From positions 20,783-84,782 of the IMG/VR virus record IMGVR_UViG_3300005934_000002: a stretch of 64,000 nt of DNA. One strand, 5' to 3'. This DNA is from a virus (taxonomy: Duplodnaviria > Caudoviricetes). Below the pieces are notes generated by a model that had not been told where the DNA came from, ran no database searches, and saw only the letters and a program-made list of their open reading frames with translations. Position numbers and translations under genes: made by a program. Of the stretch, positions 10,574 through 21,173 are shown in pieces (within the stretch, counting starts at the first letter, position 1; every line of letters starts with the position of its first letter).

Positions 10574-12655
10574 ATGGCATATACAATTAATTACACTGAC
10601 ATTACAAATAAAGGCAGTATTGTAATTGAAGACAATACCGTTGATACAACAACGTCTTTAAGTATTCCAGGTAGATTTACAACAGACTACGGTTCGCTTA
10701 TTGGTCAAAACTTTTTACAACTATTAGAAAATTTTGCAAATAATAATGCACCTTCAAGACCTATCGAAGGACAATTATGGTATGACACAAGTATTGGTGT
10801 TAATCTACTTAAACTTTATGACGGTACTAACTGGATTGAAGCAGGAGGATTAAAAAGAGGTGAGTCTGCACCCGATGTTGCTAACTCAGTAGCAGGCGAC
10901 CTTTGGGCAGATACAGACAATCAACAACTTTATTTGTTTACTGGTTCGGGTTGGATCTTAGTAGGTCCAGAATTTAGTGATGGTTTAGCCGCAGGTGTTA
11001 GACCTACAACACTAACAGGAACCGACAACATAAACTATACAGCATTACAAGTTGAAATTGGTGGTAAAGTATTAGCAATTTATGCCACAAGTGGATTTAC
11101 ACCTAAGGCAACAATTACAGGATTTACAACAATCAAACCTGGTTTCAATATGAGTACTGCTAATATTACTGGCGCCGGCGTTCCTAAGTATTACGGAGTT
11201 TCAGAAAAAGCAGAGAACTTAATTATTCCTGGTGAAGTAGAACCAGTTCCAGCGGCAAACTTTTTAAGAGGCGACAAAGCATCAGTATCAAATCAACAAT
11301 TAACAATTAGAAATAATTCTGGTATATCAATTGGTAGTGATGCAGTTGTTCAAATTGGTATTGAAGGTCAGAATGCAATTATTTCAAATAATACTTCTGG
11401 TGCAAATATTGATTTAAGAATTAACAATGCAGGTAATTTACAACCTGTATTAAGAATTGATTCAACACAAAAAGTTGGTATTAACAATTTATCACCGCAA
11501 GAGTCATTAGATGTAACAGGTAATGCAATTATTTCAAATAACTTAGTTATTAATGGAATTACAGAAGCAGTTAATACAGGTACAGGATCTATTGTAACAA
11601 CAGGTGGTATTGGTGTTGCTAAGAGTGCAAGAATCGGAAACCAATTAGAAGTTAACGGTGTTACTACTGTTGGCGGAAATATTTTACCAGATCAAACTAA
11701 TACTATTAATATTGGTTCTACAGATTATAAATTTGCAGAAATTAACGCTAATACATTTAGAGGAAACTTAGTAGGTAACATTACTGGTACAGTTACAGGA
11801 CGTTCAGGTAGTACTGATAAACTTGCAAGTAGAACAACATTTAGAGTTACTGGAGATGTAACAGCACCTGATGTAATTTATGATGGTCAATATACTGCTC
11901 CAGGCGAAACTACTCTTGTTAAAGAATTTGATATTAGTGTAAACAGTACATTTATTACAAATAAACAATCAGTACCGAGTTCAAGATTTGATGACGAAAT
12001 TTTAGTTAACAGAGTTAATGATGAAAATGGTAGTGGAACAGGTATTAAAAAGATTTCAAGAAACAATCTATTTGCGGCAATTCCAACTAACCCTATAGGT
12101 ATTATTACACCATATGCTGGTGCGTTTAATGTTGATTCAGAACAAACACTTGAATTAGCAGGTTGGTTACCATGTGATGGTAGAGAAGTGTTTATTGTTG
12201 ACCATTCAGATTTATATGATATAATCGGAACAAGATACAAAGCAAATCCAACTATTGGTAAATTTGCACTACCAGACTTACGTGGTAGATTTGCACTTGG
12301 TCAAGATAATATGGGTACATCAAAAGGATCAGCAAATAGAGTTGTAAACGAAAACGCAGACGTACTTGGCGGTACTGCTGGTGTTGAGAAAAAACCAATT
12401 GAAGTTGAAAACTTACCAGAACACGAACACGATTTAAGAGGACCAAGCGGTACACAATATTATGTGTCACGTGATGTTCAAGGAGCACCAGTTGATGATG
12501 ATGCTACAGTAGGTGATGCACCAACTGGAACAAATGCAGGACAGAAGTTTCCTTTCTCAGGTGGTGTTTTAAGTAATAATCAAGTAGGTCAAGACTTTGA
12601 TGTAATGAACCCATACTTGGCTGTTAATTACATAATTTACGCGGGGGCAAACTAA
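10574..12655 (+). CDS. Tail fibre protein 1 with C-terminal tail-collar domain (693 aa)
   Basis: GAGG RBS. N-terminal MAY...NFLQLLENFA...GQLWYD module shared with the next two genes; C-terminal PIGIITPYAG...GWLPCDGR...FALPDLRGRF is the tail-collar signature. Confidence 0.8.
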   Translation: MAYTINYTDITNKGSIVIEDNTVDTTTSLSIPGRFTTDYGSLIGQNFLQLLENFANNNAPSRPIEGQLWYDTSIGVNLLKLYDGTNWIEAGGLKRGESAPDVANSVAGDLWADTDNQQLYLFTGSGWILVGPEFSDGLAAGVRPTTLTGTDNINYTALQVEIGGKVLAIYATSGFTPKATITGFTTIKPGFNMSTANITGAGVPKYYGVSEKAENLIIPGEVEPVPAANFLRGDKASVSNQQLTIRNNSGISIGSDAVVQIGIEGQNAIISNNTSGANIDLRINNAGNLQPVLRIDSTQKVGINNLSPQESLDVTGNAIISNNLVINGITEAVNTGTGSIVTTGGIGVAKSARIGNQLEVNGVTTVGGNILPDQTNTINIGSTDYKFAEINANTFRGNLVGNITGTVTGRSGSTDKLASRTTFRVTGDVTAPDVIYDGQYTAPGETTLVKEFDISVNSTFITNKQSVPSSRFDDEILVNRVNDENGSGTGIKKISRNNLFAAIPTNPIGIITPYAGAFNVDSEQTLELAGWLPCDGREVFIVDHSDLYDIIGTRYKANPTIGKFALPDLRGRFALGQDNMGTSKGSANRVVNENADVLGGTAGVEKKPIEVENLPEHEHDLRGPSGTQYYVSRDVQGAPVDDDATVGDAPTGTNAGQKFPFSGGVLSNNQVGQDFDVMNPYLAVNYIIYAGAN

Positions 12656-14751
12656 TGGCATATCAGATTAATAAAACTAACGGAGATTTGTTAGTAGAAT
12701 TAGTTGACGGACAACTTAATACACAAACAACTGACATTTCACTGATTGGTAGAAATTATTCTGGCTTTGGTGAAAGCATCAACGAAAACTTCGTTAAGAT
12801 GTTGGAAAACTTTACCAACACACAGGCACCTGCAAATCCTTTAACTGGACAACTATGGTATGACAGTGGAGAAGCAAGATTAAAAATTTGGAATGGCACT
12901 ACATTTAAAAGTGCTGGCGGTCCTATTGTAAGTCCAACACAGCCTCAATTAGTTGCAGGCGATCTTTGGATTGATAATCAAAATAACAAATTATATTTTT
13001 ATGATGGAACTGACTTAGTACTTGTTGGTCCAGATTATGCATCATCAGAAGGAATATCAGGATTTTCAACTGAAACAGTTCTTGATACAACACAAACTAA
13101 TAGAACACTTGTTAATTTAAATGTTGGCGGTGAAACTGAAGCAGTTATATCTAATATTAGATTTACTCCAGATCCAAGTAATCCTGTAACTGGTATTACT
13201 GGCGCTGTAGAAAAAGGTATCAATGTTATTGATGATGATTTTAAATTCCACGGAACAGCAACATCAGCAGATACAATTATTAACGCACAAGGCATTAAGA
13301 AAAATGCGTCACAGTTTTTACCTACAGATGCTAATGGTGTAACCAACGGCACACTTACTACAATCAACAATGGTGGTATTACCGTAGGTCCAGAAGATAA
13401 CTTTGTTATTAAGATTAATGCAAACCATACAGAACTTGATAACCAAGTACGTGATAGAAACTTAGAATTTAAAGTAAGAAAAGCCACAGGTGCAACATCA
13501 GCAATTAAAATTAAAACATCAACATCACATCTTGGTATTTTTGAATCAGATCCACAGTATACATTAGATGTAGGTGGAGATGTAAGAGTACAAGGTAATA
13601 TGACTATTGCTGGTACTACTTTCCAAACAGATGTTGAAGAAGTAAAAATTGCAGATAAAAATATGCAACTTGGTTTTGCAGATCCTGCTCAACCAGATGC
13701 TGACATTAATGGCGGCGGATTAACACTTGTTTCCAGCGATGGTGATAAAACTTTTAATTGGTTACAAGCAACTAACGCTTGGACATCCAATGTTTGGTAC
13801 GACACTACACAAGGTTATAAACTAAACGGCAACACAGTATTAAATGGAACAGCATTAAGTTATATTACAAGTGCTCCTGATATGCAAACACTTGGTGTAT
13901 TAACAAGTCTTAATGTTGATAACGTAAACATTGATGCACAAAAAGTTTCATCAACTGTTGGTAACTTGCAACTTGAAAGTACATCAGGAGTTATTGAAGT
14001 ACAAAGTTCAAATAGAATTACAGGCGTAGGCGCACCAGTTAACCTTTCAGATGCGACAAACAAAGAATATGTTGATAACGCTATTGATGCAGAAGGTGTT
14101 GCAATGGCACTTAATATCACCGGAATGGGATATGATCCAGTTCAAAATGGTGGAGCGGCCTTTGCTACTAAAATTACAACATTATTAGAAGAAATTATTC
14201 CAGCGGCAAACAAAGCCAATGGTACTATTGCAAAGATTCATGCTACTGATCAAACAGGTGCAAGTGCAACTTTTGCCGCGGCAGATTTAAATGCGGCTCT
14301 TAGTGAAAGCACAGTTGCAGTAGATAAAACTGTAACAGTTGCAACAAGAACAATTACAGGTGTAACAACAGGTACAACAACTATTTTACAATTAGATGCT
14401 GTACACGGTTATGATGCAGGAAGAAGTGTTATTATTGCTGGCGCAACATATGGCACAGGAACACCATGGGCCAACCTAAATGGAACATGGAATATTGACA
14501 GAATTGTAAGTTCTACAGAAATTGAAGTATCAGCAAATACACTTGCTGATGCAGGTGTAGTTTACGATGCAAACAGTGGTACTACTCAGAGGGTAACAGA
14601 GACAGGGCAAGAGAACGAAGATGTGTTAAAAGACGTAGAATTTACAGATGTAACAGGTTCAGTAACACTTACAGTTAACAGATATGTCCTTACTTGTACT
14701 GTAGCGGGTAATGCGTGGACTTATACGAGTGGAGCAACTTCTGCCGTATAG
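12655..14751 (+). CDS. Tail fibre protein 2 (698 aa)
   Basis: TAATG-coupled to fibre 1; same N-terminal module (MAYQINKTNG...NENFVKMLENF...GQLWYD); Thr/Gly/Asn-rich body; unrelated C-terminus. Confidence 0.75.
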   Translation: MAYQINKTNGDLLVELVDGQLNTQTTDISLIGRNYSGFGESINENFVKMLENFTNTQAPANPLTGQLWYDSGEARLKIWNGTTFKSAGGPIVSPTQPQLVAGDLWIDNQNNKLYFYDGTDLVLVGPDYASSEGISGFSTETVLDTTQTNRTLVNLNVGGETEAVISNIRFTPDPSNPVTGITGAVEKGINVIDDDFKFHGTATSADTIINAQGIKKNASQFLPTDANGVTNGTLTTINNGGITVGPEDNFVIKINANHTELDNQVRDRNLEFKVRKATGATSAIKIKTSTSHLGIFESDPQYTLDVGGDVRVQGNMTIAGTTFQTDVEEVKIADKNMQLGFADPAQPDADINGGGLTLVSSDGDKTFNWLQATNAWTSNVWYDTTQGYKLNGNTVLNGTALSYITSAPDMQTLGVLTSLNVDNVNIDAQKVSSTVGNLQLESTSGVIEVQSSNRITGVGAPVNLSDATNKEYVDNAIDAEGVAMALNITGMGYDPVQNGGAAFATKITTLLEEIIPAANKANGTIAKIHATDQTGASATFAAADLNAALSESTVAVDKTVTVATRTITGVTTGTTTILQLDAVHGYDAGRSVIIAGATYGTGTPWANLNGTWNIDRIVSSTEIEVSANTLADAGVVYDANSGTTQRVTETGQENEDVLKDVEFTDVTGSVTLTVNRYVLTCTVAGNAWTYTSGATSAV

Positions 14752-14762
14752 CATAAATACAT
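14751..14762 (+). promoter_or_regulatory. Putative late promoter (GCATAAATACAT)
   Basis: The 12-mer is identical to the one at 50328-50339 on the minus strand; both precede fibre-like genes. Confidence 0.6.
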
Positions 14763-14783
14763 ACAATAAAGGGGTTATTAACT

Positions 14784-16262
14784 ATGGCATACATTATTAA
14801 CAAAACCGACGGTACGCAGATTGCAGTAGTTGAAGATGGAACAATCGATCAAACTACTGATCTGAAACTTGTAGGTAAAAATTATGCTGGATACGGTGAA
14901 ATCCAAAACGAAAATTTCGTACATTTACTTGAAAACTTTTCAAGTGCTAATTCACCATCCAGAGCAATTAGAGGTCAAATTTGGTTTGATTCAGGTACAA
15001 GCAAACTAAAATTTTATGACGGTACAAAATTTAGAACAACAGGCGGTGCAGAAGTAAGTGCTACTCAACCATCAGGACTAACTGAAGGTGACTTTTGGTG
15101 GGATAATGCTAACAACCAGTTATATGCAAACACTGGTGCAGGCTTTATATTAATTGGTCCACAATCACAAGGTAACACACTAACTTCGTTTGTAACTGAC
15201 ACAGTTAGAGATATTGCTAACATTCAAAGAACAGTTATTAAAGGTACTGTAAATGATGAAGTAGTAGTTGTTCTTTCAGCGGTAGACTTTACAATTGACT
15301 CATCCGACCCCGACAATGCCATTACAGGATTTGACGTCATTCACCAAGGTATGACCCTAAAGAATACAACTAATGCACAACAAGGTGTTACATCCACTGC
15401 ACACAGATGGTGGGGTACTGCTACTAACTCAGAAAAACTTGGCGGCAGAGATGCAAGTGAATACGTTGTAAGTATTCCAGGACAAGAATCAAATTTCAGT
15501 GAAATTGTTAGATTCAGTGATGACGGCTTTACAGTAGGTGCGTCAAATGACTTAGCAGTAAGAATCGAAAACGACAACCAAGCAGTTATTTCAAACGAAG
15601 TTGGTACAGTAATTAGATTTAAAGTTGATAATGCACAAGCACAATCAACTGAACCTGTACAGATCAAAGCAGAAGGTATTATTCCAGGTGCTAACAACAC
15701 ATTTGACATTGGTACTTCAAGCAACAAATTTAGAGAAATGTTTGCTACAATCTTCAACGGTACAGCAACATCTTCACAGGCTTTACAAGTTGGTGGAAAT
15801 AATAGAACAGCAAGTACAGCGGCAACTAACGACACAGTCGCAGTTAGAGATAGTTCAGGTAACATTAATGCTAATTTGTTTAACGGTACTGCTACTACAG
15901 CACGTTACGCTGACTTGGCAGAGAAATATACAACAGATGATCAGTACCCAACTGGCACAATTATGAAAGTAAGTGCAGACGATGGTGCAGAAACATCTTG
16001 GTGCGGAATTGACGATATGCCAATTGGTGTTATTTCTGCAAAACCTGCGGTACTTATGAATGCTGAAGCAGAAGGACAAGCGATTGCACTTAAAGGTCGT
16101 GTTCCTCTAAGAGTTATAGGTCCTGTAGCAAAAGGCGATAAATTATATGTAGGTGCTAATGGTACTGCACAAAAAGCCGATGAAGGTGAATTAGTTGGTA
16201 TTGCACTTGAGTCTAATGATAGACACGAAGAAAAATTAGTTGAAGTTGTACTAAAAGTATAA
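14784..16262 (+). CDS. Tail fibre protein 3, C-terminus resembling a peptidase G2 / intramolecular chaperone domain (492 aa)
   Basis: Same N-terminal module; C-terminal ADLAEKY...IGVISAKPAVLMN...IALKGRVP...KGD pattern recalled from IMC autoproteolytic domains. Confidence 0.7.
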   Translation: MAYIINKTDGTQIAVVEDGTIDQTTDLKLVGKNYAGYGEIQNENFVHLLENFSSANSPSRAIRGQIWFDSGTSKLKFYDGTKFRTTGGAEVSATQPSGLTEGDFWWDNANNQLYANTGAGFILIGPQSQGNTLTSFVTDTVRDIANIQRTVIKGTVNDEVVVVLSAVDFTIDSSDPDNAITGFDVIHQGMTLKNTTNAQQGVTSTAHRWWGTATNSEKLGGRDASEYVVSIPGQESNFSEIVRFSDDGFTVGASNDLAVRIENDNQAVISNEVGTVIRFKVDNAQAQSTEPVQIKAEGIIPGANNTFDIGTSSNKFREMFATIFNGTATSSQALQVGGNNRTASTAATNDTVAVRDSSGNINANLFNGTATTARYADLAEKYTTDDQYPTGTIMKVSADDGAETSWCGIDDMPIGVISAKPAVLMNAEAEGQAIALKGRVPLRVIGPVAKGDKLYVGANGTAQKADEGELVGIALESNDRHEEKLVEVVLKV

Positions 16263-16273
16263 GGAAGTAGAAA

Positions 16274-17206
16274 ATGGCAATAGTAACTGCGGCAAGATAT
16301 AATGACTTACAAGCAAAAGTAGCCAATGTTTTAGGTAACGGCAGTGGCCAATTTGGTTACGGTCAGACACTTGTAAGTGCTCAAGTAGCCGCTGAGACAG
16401 TAATTGACTCTCAGCATATGTCAGACTTATACACTGATTTGATTAATGCAAGAGTGCATCAAGTAGGCAGTGTTCCTAATTCATTAGCAACAGTTTCCGC
16501 AGGACAAGTAATTGAAGAAGATTCAGCGGATACAGGCACTGGTAGAGGAATTGTCCAATACGAAGACTTAGCAGATACAATTGAAACAGACAAAGACTTA
16601 ATTTATACTGCTAACACATCACAAAGTACAATTACAGCATTAAAAACAAGTTCTACAAGAACAACGTCATGGGCAGGTACTGTTGATCATTTTGTTACAG
16701 TTACTTTTGCAAGTGCTGATGCACGTAGACACTTCTTTAATGCAGGTGGAGAAATTAGATTTACAGCAGACTTAAATCCAAGTGCTTCAAATGGTAAAAA
16801 CAATGACTGGAATAATTTGTTAGCGGCTATGGGAACAGTTAAATTTAAATCTAATGGTTGTGCTTCAGATGGTTCATCACCAGGAACTGATTTTGGAATT
16901 GGTAACTTTGGTATGACAAGCACCTTCCAAAAAGTATTTCAAAAAGATGGTAGTGGAGTTTATGCAGAAAACGATTACAACATTGCCGCAAAAGAAAATA
17001 GCACAAGCATATTAGAATTTAGAATTCAATTTAGAGATGATGACGTAGGTGACGATACCGGCGACTCAAACAATGACGGTGCTATTAATCCAATTGATGA
17101 AAGTGTAACAGGTACTTTGGACAGCGTTGTAGGCGAAAGATTGCCAACAGGCGTAAATGTGTCACTTACATCACCAACATTTGCAACCACAAACAACTTA
17201 GCATAA
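16274..17206 (+). CDS. Putative virion structural protein (310 aa)
   Basis: AAGGA RBS; Thr/Ser/Gly/Asp-rich; follows the fibre genes in the same orientation. Confidence 0.55.
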   Translation: MAIVTAARYNDLQAKVANVLGNGSGQFGYGQTLVSAQVAAETVIDSQHMSDLYTDLINARVHQVGSVPNSLATVSAGQVIEEDSADTGTGRGIVQYEDLADTIETDKDLIYTANTSQSTITALKTSSTRTTSWAGTVDHFVTVTFASADARRHFFNAGGEIRFTADLNPSASNGKNNDWNNLLAAMGTVKFKSNGCASDGSSPGTDFGIGNFGMTSTFQKVFQKDGSGVYAENDYNIAAKENSTSILEFRIQFRDDDVGDDTGDSNNDGAINPIDESVTGTLDSVVGERLPTGVNVSLTSPTFATTNNLA

Positions 17207-17218
17207 CAAAATACATAG

Positions 17219-17224
17219 TAAATA
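17219..17224 (+). promoter_or_regulatory. Putative late promoter (TAAATA), 7 nt before ATG 17232
   Basis: TAAATA-GTTTACT-ATG with no Shine-Dalgarno in between. Confidence 0.45.
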
Positions 17225-17231
17225 GTTTACT

Positions 17232-17573
17232 ATGGACGAAAAACTTCAAAAAGCCTTAGAGTTTGGCAATTACAGTGCTACTCTGGAAAATCAAAAACGT
17301 ATGTTACACGAAAAATTTGTAACAGATACTATCTATTTCCATTCCGGCGGCCAATTCACTATTAATAAAGAACTATTAAACTATGTTTATATGTTAGTAT
17401 CAACAGAACAAGATACAACAGTTCTTATTGATGATAACAATATCCCGGTAGAAGTCAATGTAAGTGATTTTTATTCAAATATTTCTGACAAATATTTTAC
17501 AGCATCAAATGAATATCATATAGAGTACACTAAATTACAAAAGAGTAGATCAGTAGACGGTTTAGTAGAATGA
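17232..17573 (+). CDS. Hypothetical protein (113 aa)
   Basis: Clean ORF, ATGA-coupled to the downstream GT-like gene. Confidence 0.6.
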   Translation: MDEKLQKALEFGNYSATLENQKRMLHEKFVTDTIYFHSGGQFTINKELLNYVYMLVSTEQDTTVLIDDNNIPVEVNVSDFYSNISDKYFTASNEYHIEYTKLQKSRSVDGLVE

Positions 17574-18388
17574 CATCTGGTGTATTATTATTTGCATACA
17601 ACAATGAACAGATAGATTATGTTGCACAGGCTTGTTTTTTAGCAAAGCGTGTAAAAGAATATCTCAATCTTCCCACAACTCTTGTTACTGATGATAAAAA
17701 ACGTGTAGAAGAATTTTATGATTCTAATGTCTTTGACAGTATAGTTGTTTCAGACATCCAACGTAAAAATAAAAAAACATATCACGACGGTTCGTTATCT
17801 AAAAAAGTATTAGATTTTAAAAACTTTAATAGAAGTGATGCATATGATGTTACTCCATATGACAAAACACTTGTAATGGATACTGATTACATTATTAGTA
17901 ATGACTTATTAGCAAAATGTTTTACAAGCAACAACAACCTAATGATGTATAATAATAGTATGGATGTATCAGGTTGGCGAGAAGAATCAGAATTTGAATT
18001 TATAAGCGAAACAAGTATTAAATTTTATTGGGCAACTTGTGTATATTTTACAAAAGACTTGCAAAATAAAACATTCTTTAATTTAATAAAACATATTAAA
18101 GAAAATTACAATCATTATAGAAGTTTATATCAAATAACAAGTACAGTTTTTCGAAATGATTATGCATTTAGTATCGCGGCACACATTATGGGTCATGTAA
18201 AAGAACTTCCTGGTAAAATGATATACAGTACTCATAAGGATATTTTACAAAAAATAGATAATTCATCCATTAAGTTGCTTGTTGAAAAACAAGATAGAGT
18301 TGGAGAATATACGTTATTAAAATCTAAAGGTGTTAACTTACATATAATGAATAAGTTTAGTTTAAACAGGGAAGTTACTAATGCCTAA
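17570..18388 (+). CDS. GT-A fold glycosyltransferase-like protein
   Basis: DxD motif LVMDTDYII, N-terminal hydrophobic strand, late RND/H motifs; paralog of the next gene. Confidence 0.6.
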   Translation: MTSGVLLFAYNNEQIDYVAQACFLAKRVKEYLNLPTTLVTDDKKRVEEFYDSNVFDSIVVSDIQRKNKKTYHDGSLSKKVLDFKNFNRSDAYDVTPYDKTLVMDTDYIISNDLLAKCFTSNNNLMMYNNSMDVSGWREESEFEFISETSIKFYWATCVYFTKDLQNKTFFNLIKHIKENYNHYRSLYQITSTVFRNDYAFSIAAHIMGHVKELPGKMIYSTHKDILQKIDNSSIKLLVEKQDRVGEYTLLKSKGVNLHIMNKFSLNREVTNA

Positions 18389-19205
18389 TTTTACATTTCT
18401 TGCACAAAATAACGAAGACAATTATATTAAACAAGCAGAGTTATTAGCATTAAGTATTAGGAACACTAATCCTAATAGTAAAATATGTCTCATTACCAAT
18501 GATGAAGTAGAACGTAAAGATCTATTTGATGACATTGTATCTATTCCATGGGAAGATAAAGCAGAAGAACACAAATGGAAGGTGCAGAATCGTTGGAAAA
18601 TATATCATGCTTGTCCTTATGATGAAACTTTTGTTTTAGATACTGATATGTTAGTATTACACGACTTAACAAATTGGTGGAAACTAATGCAAAATTACGA
18701 AGTATTTTATACAACTAAGGTAACAGATTACAAATATGATAAACTTAATACAAGTTATTATAGAAAAACATTTCAACAAAATAAATTACCAGACATATAT
18801 GTTGCATTACATTATTTTAAAAAGTGTGATTTTGCTAAAACATTCTATACGTGTTTAGAAGAAGTTATGAAGAACTGGGAATACTATTATGAAAAGTATG
18901 CACCAAAGAAAATGCAAAAGTTTTTAAGTGTAGATGTTTGTACAGCAATAACTATTAGAGTATTAGACGTTGAACACAAAGTAACAAATAGTAAATTACC
19001 GTTTCCTTCATTTGTACACATGAAGCCATATGCTCAACCGTGGGTAACACAAACTAAAAAATGGCAGGATAGGATTAGTTGTTTTGTAAATGAAAATAAA
19101 CAGATGCGAGTAGGAGGTCATTTACAAAATACAGTATTTCATTATACTGAAAAAGATTTTACAGAGAAATTTTATGACAGATTCAATTATACAGTTTCCA
19201 GTTAA
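18381..19205 (+). CDS. GT-A fold glycosyltransferase-like protein (GT8-like)
   Basis: DxD motif FVLDTDMLV; FVHMK late motif; N-terminus parallels 17570 (NNE...Y..QA..LA). Confidence 0.6.
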   Translation: MPNFTFLAQNNEDNYIKQAELLALSIRNTNPNSKICLITNDEVERKDLFDDIVSIPWEDKAEEHKWKVQNRWKIYHACPYDETFVLDTDMLVLHDLTNWWKLMQNYEVFYTTKVTDYKYDKLNTSYYRKTFQQNKLPDIYVALHYFKKCDFAKTFYTCLEEVMKNWEYYYEKYAPKKMQKFLSVDVCTAITIRVLDVEHKVTNSKLPFPSFVHMKPYAQPWVTQTKKWQDRISCFVNENKQMRVGGHLQNTVFHYTEKDFTEKFYDRFNYTVSS

Positions 19206-19737
19206 ATCTACAAAATTAAAAGCACACGATTCTATTAAAGAAGAATTGTTAACAGCAATTAATTCTACTACTCTTGTTGAAAACATTTATGGTCCTAACA
19301 ATAATATTACACGTTGCGATTGGGGTCCTGGAAGATTTGATCCAAATAGAGAGTGGTTAAAAGTTTTACAGTTTGATCTTAATGAACATTTAAAAGAATG
19401 GACTAAGAGTTTTATGTATGAAAGTTGGACTATACATGAAATATGGTTTCAACAGTATGCTAAAAATTCAACGCACTCATGGCACGTACACAGTTGCAAT
19501 TTTACAAGTGTATATTATTTAGATTTACCAGAAGAAACACCTAAGACTCAATGGATAGATCCTATATCAGGTACAGAATATGACTTTGATGTAAAAGAAG
19601 GAGATATAATTACATTTCCAAGTTGGACTATACACAGAGCACCAATAAATCAATCAGATAAAATAAAAACTATTATATCATGGAATATGGATGTTGATAT
19701 AAGTGACTATTTTGGAACAAAATATGATACAAACTAA
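19174..19737 (+). CDS. Putative Fe(II)/2OG oxygenase (HxH type)
   Basis: WHVH...VYYL...DIITFPSWTIH...IISWN pattern of phage 2OG oxygenases. Confidence 0.7.
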   Translation: MTDSIIQFPVKSTKLKAHDSIKEELLTAINSTTLVENIYGPNNNITRCDWGPGRFDPNREWLKVLQFDLNEHLKEWTKSFMYESWTIHEIWFQQYAKNSTHSWHVHSCNFTSVYYLDLPEETPKTQWIDPISGTEYDFDVKEGDIITFPSWTIHRAPINQSDKIKTIISWNMDVDISDYFGTKYDTN

Positions 19738-20287
19738 TTCACATAATGTACCAACATACGTAGAGTTCGATTCTAAAACCGGAGAACTTTTAACAGTCAC
19801 CAGTTATCCTAAGTCAGAAAATTATATTGAAGTAGAATTTAATAGAGTTGAAGGTATAGTTAACGGTATTGAAAAATTTAATCACTATAAGGTTGTATTT
19901 AATACAACTTCTTTAATGTATGAGTTAGTAAATGTGTACGATGATGTACATTTTGAATATAATGTTAATAATAGTTTGCATAAAATACAAGAATCTAAAG
20001 AAGCAGACATTATAATTTGTAAAAATTACATAAAGAAGTGTTGGGAAATTAAATTTGGAAAATTATTTGAAAAAACACTTAAAAAGAATAATGTAACATT
20101 GAATACTGTAAAAGACTTTAGTGTTGTAAAGAAAAATGATCCTTTTGTCCTATATAGATCTTTAAAATTCAATTTAGCAGACGATAATTTATTCTTGCAA
20201 TTTGATGATACTGATGCTATAATAGACTTTGATGTTTATACAAATAAAATGTTTAATAGTTACGGAGTAGAAGTTGTCAAAGATTAA
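19724..20287 (+). CDS. Hypothetical protein
   Basis: ORF track starts at GTG 19703; the in-frame ATG at 19724 preceded by GGA is the more plausible start. Confidence 0.55.
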   Translation: MIQTNSHNVPTYVEFDSKTGELLTVTSYPKSENYIEVEFNRVEGIVNGIEKFNHYKVVFNTTSLMYELVNVYDDVHFEYNVNNSLHKIQESKEADIIICKNYIKKCWEIKFGKLFEKTLKKNNVTLNTVKDFSVVKKNDPFVLYRSLKFNLADDNLFLQFDDTDAIIDFDVYTNKMFNSYGVEVVKD

Positions 20288-21173
20288 AATACAAGATGTT
20301 GATATTATCTTTTTAAGTTACGACGAGCCTAATGCTGAAGAAAATTGGGCAGACTTGCAACGTAAAATACCGTGGGCAAAACGTGTACACGGAGTAGAAG
20401 GTTCAGATGCCGCACACAAAGCCTGTGCAGATTTATCTGACACAAAACATTTTGTAACAGTTGACGGCGACACTATTGTTGATCCTCGCTTTATGCAAGT
20501 TGAATTAGACTTAGAAAAGTTAGGAGTAGATGACGACTACCAATTTAGTTGGTGTGGCAAAATTGACGTTAACGGACTTATGTATGGCAACGGTAGTTTA
20601 AAAATGTGGACTAAAGAGTTTGTTAAAAATATGAAAACTCATGAAAACACAGACGGCGCAGATGAAACAAGTATTGAGTTTTGTTACTTTGACAATTACT
20701 ATCAATTAAATGAAAATTATAGCACAAGTATAATTACATCAACTCCACAACAGGCATGGAGAGCAGGATTCCGTGAAGGTGTTAAGATGTCATTGGATAG
20801 AGGAAAGCCTGTAGAAGATATTAATACATTATGGTGGCAGAATAAACATAGATTATATATTTGGCAAATGGTAGGCTGTGATGTTCCTAACGGTATTTGG
20901 GCAGTATATGGTGCCCGTCTTGGAACATATATGAATATGCTTACAGAATGGGATCATACACAAACAAGAGACTTCACATATCTAAATAATTTATGGAAAG
21001 AACACGAAAATGTAGAAGTTGCAGAAGAGTGTAAGGAGATAGGTAAAAAATTAATTAATGAATTAGACTTACCTATTGCTGTTGTTCCGTTTGATAAATT
21101 ACAAAGTGAATTCTTTAAAACTGTTTATTTGAACAGTGATAGGGTAATTCGTAAACAAAAAGGAAAACAATGA
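20274..21173 (+). CDS. Glycosyltransferase-like protein (GT-A, VDGD motif)
   Basis: DIIFLSYDEPNA...VTVDGDT...AWRAGFREGVK; paralog of 29396. Confidence 0.55.
   Translation: MSKIKIQDVDIIFLSYDEPNAEENWADLQRKIPWAKRVHGVEGSDAAHKACADLSDTKHFVTVDGDTIVDPRFMQVELDLEKLGVDDDYQFSWCGKIDVNGLMYGNGSLKMWTKEFVKNMKTHENTDGADETSIEFCYFDNYYQLNENYSTSIITSTPQQAWRAGFREGVKMSLDRGKPVEDINTLWWQNKHRLYIWQMVGCDVPNGIWAVYGARLGTYMNMLTEWDHTQTRDFTYLNNLWKEHENVEVAEECKEIGKKLINELDLPIAVVPFDKLQSEFFKTVYLNSDRVIRKQKGKQ

Noticed and set aside
10574-16262. Diversity-generating retroelement acting on fibre tips
   Set aside because: No reverse transcriptase and no template/variable repeat pair seen in the window.
1670-16923. Antisense and alternate-frame ORFs over the structural genes (e.g. 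7609-7998, 13035-13487, 15341-15865, 15625-15966)
   Set aside because: Fully nested in long, well-supported CDSs; expected shadows of Thr/Val/Gly/Ala-rich codon usage; no RBS or motifs.
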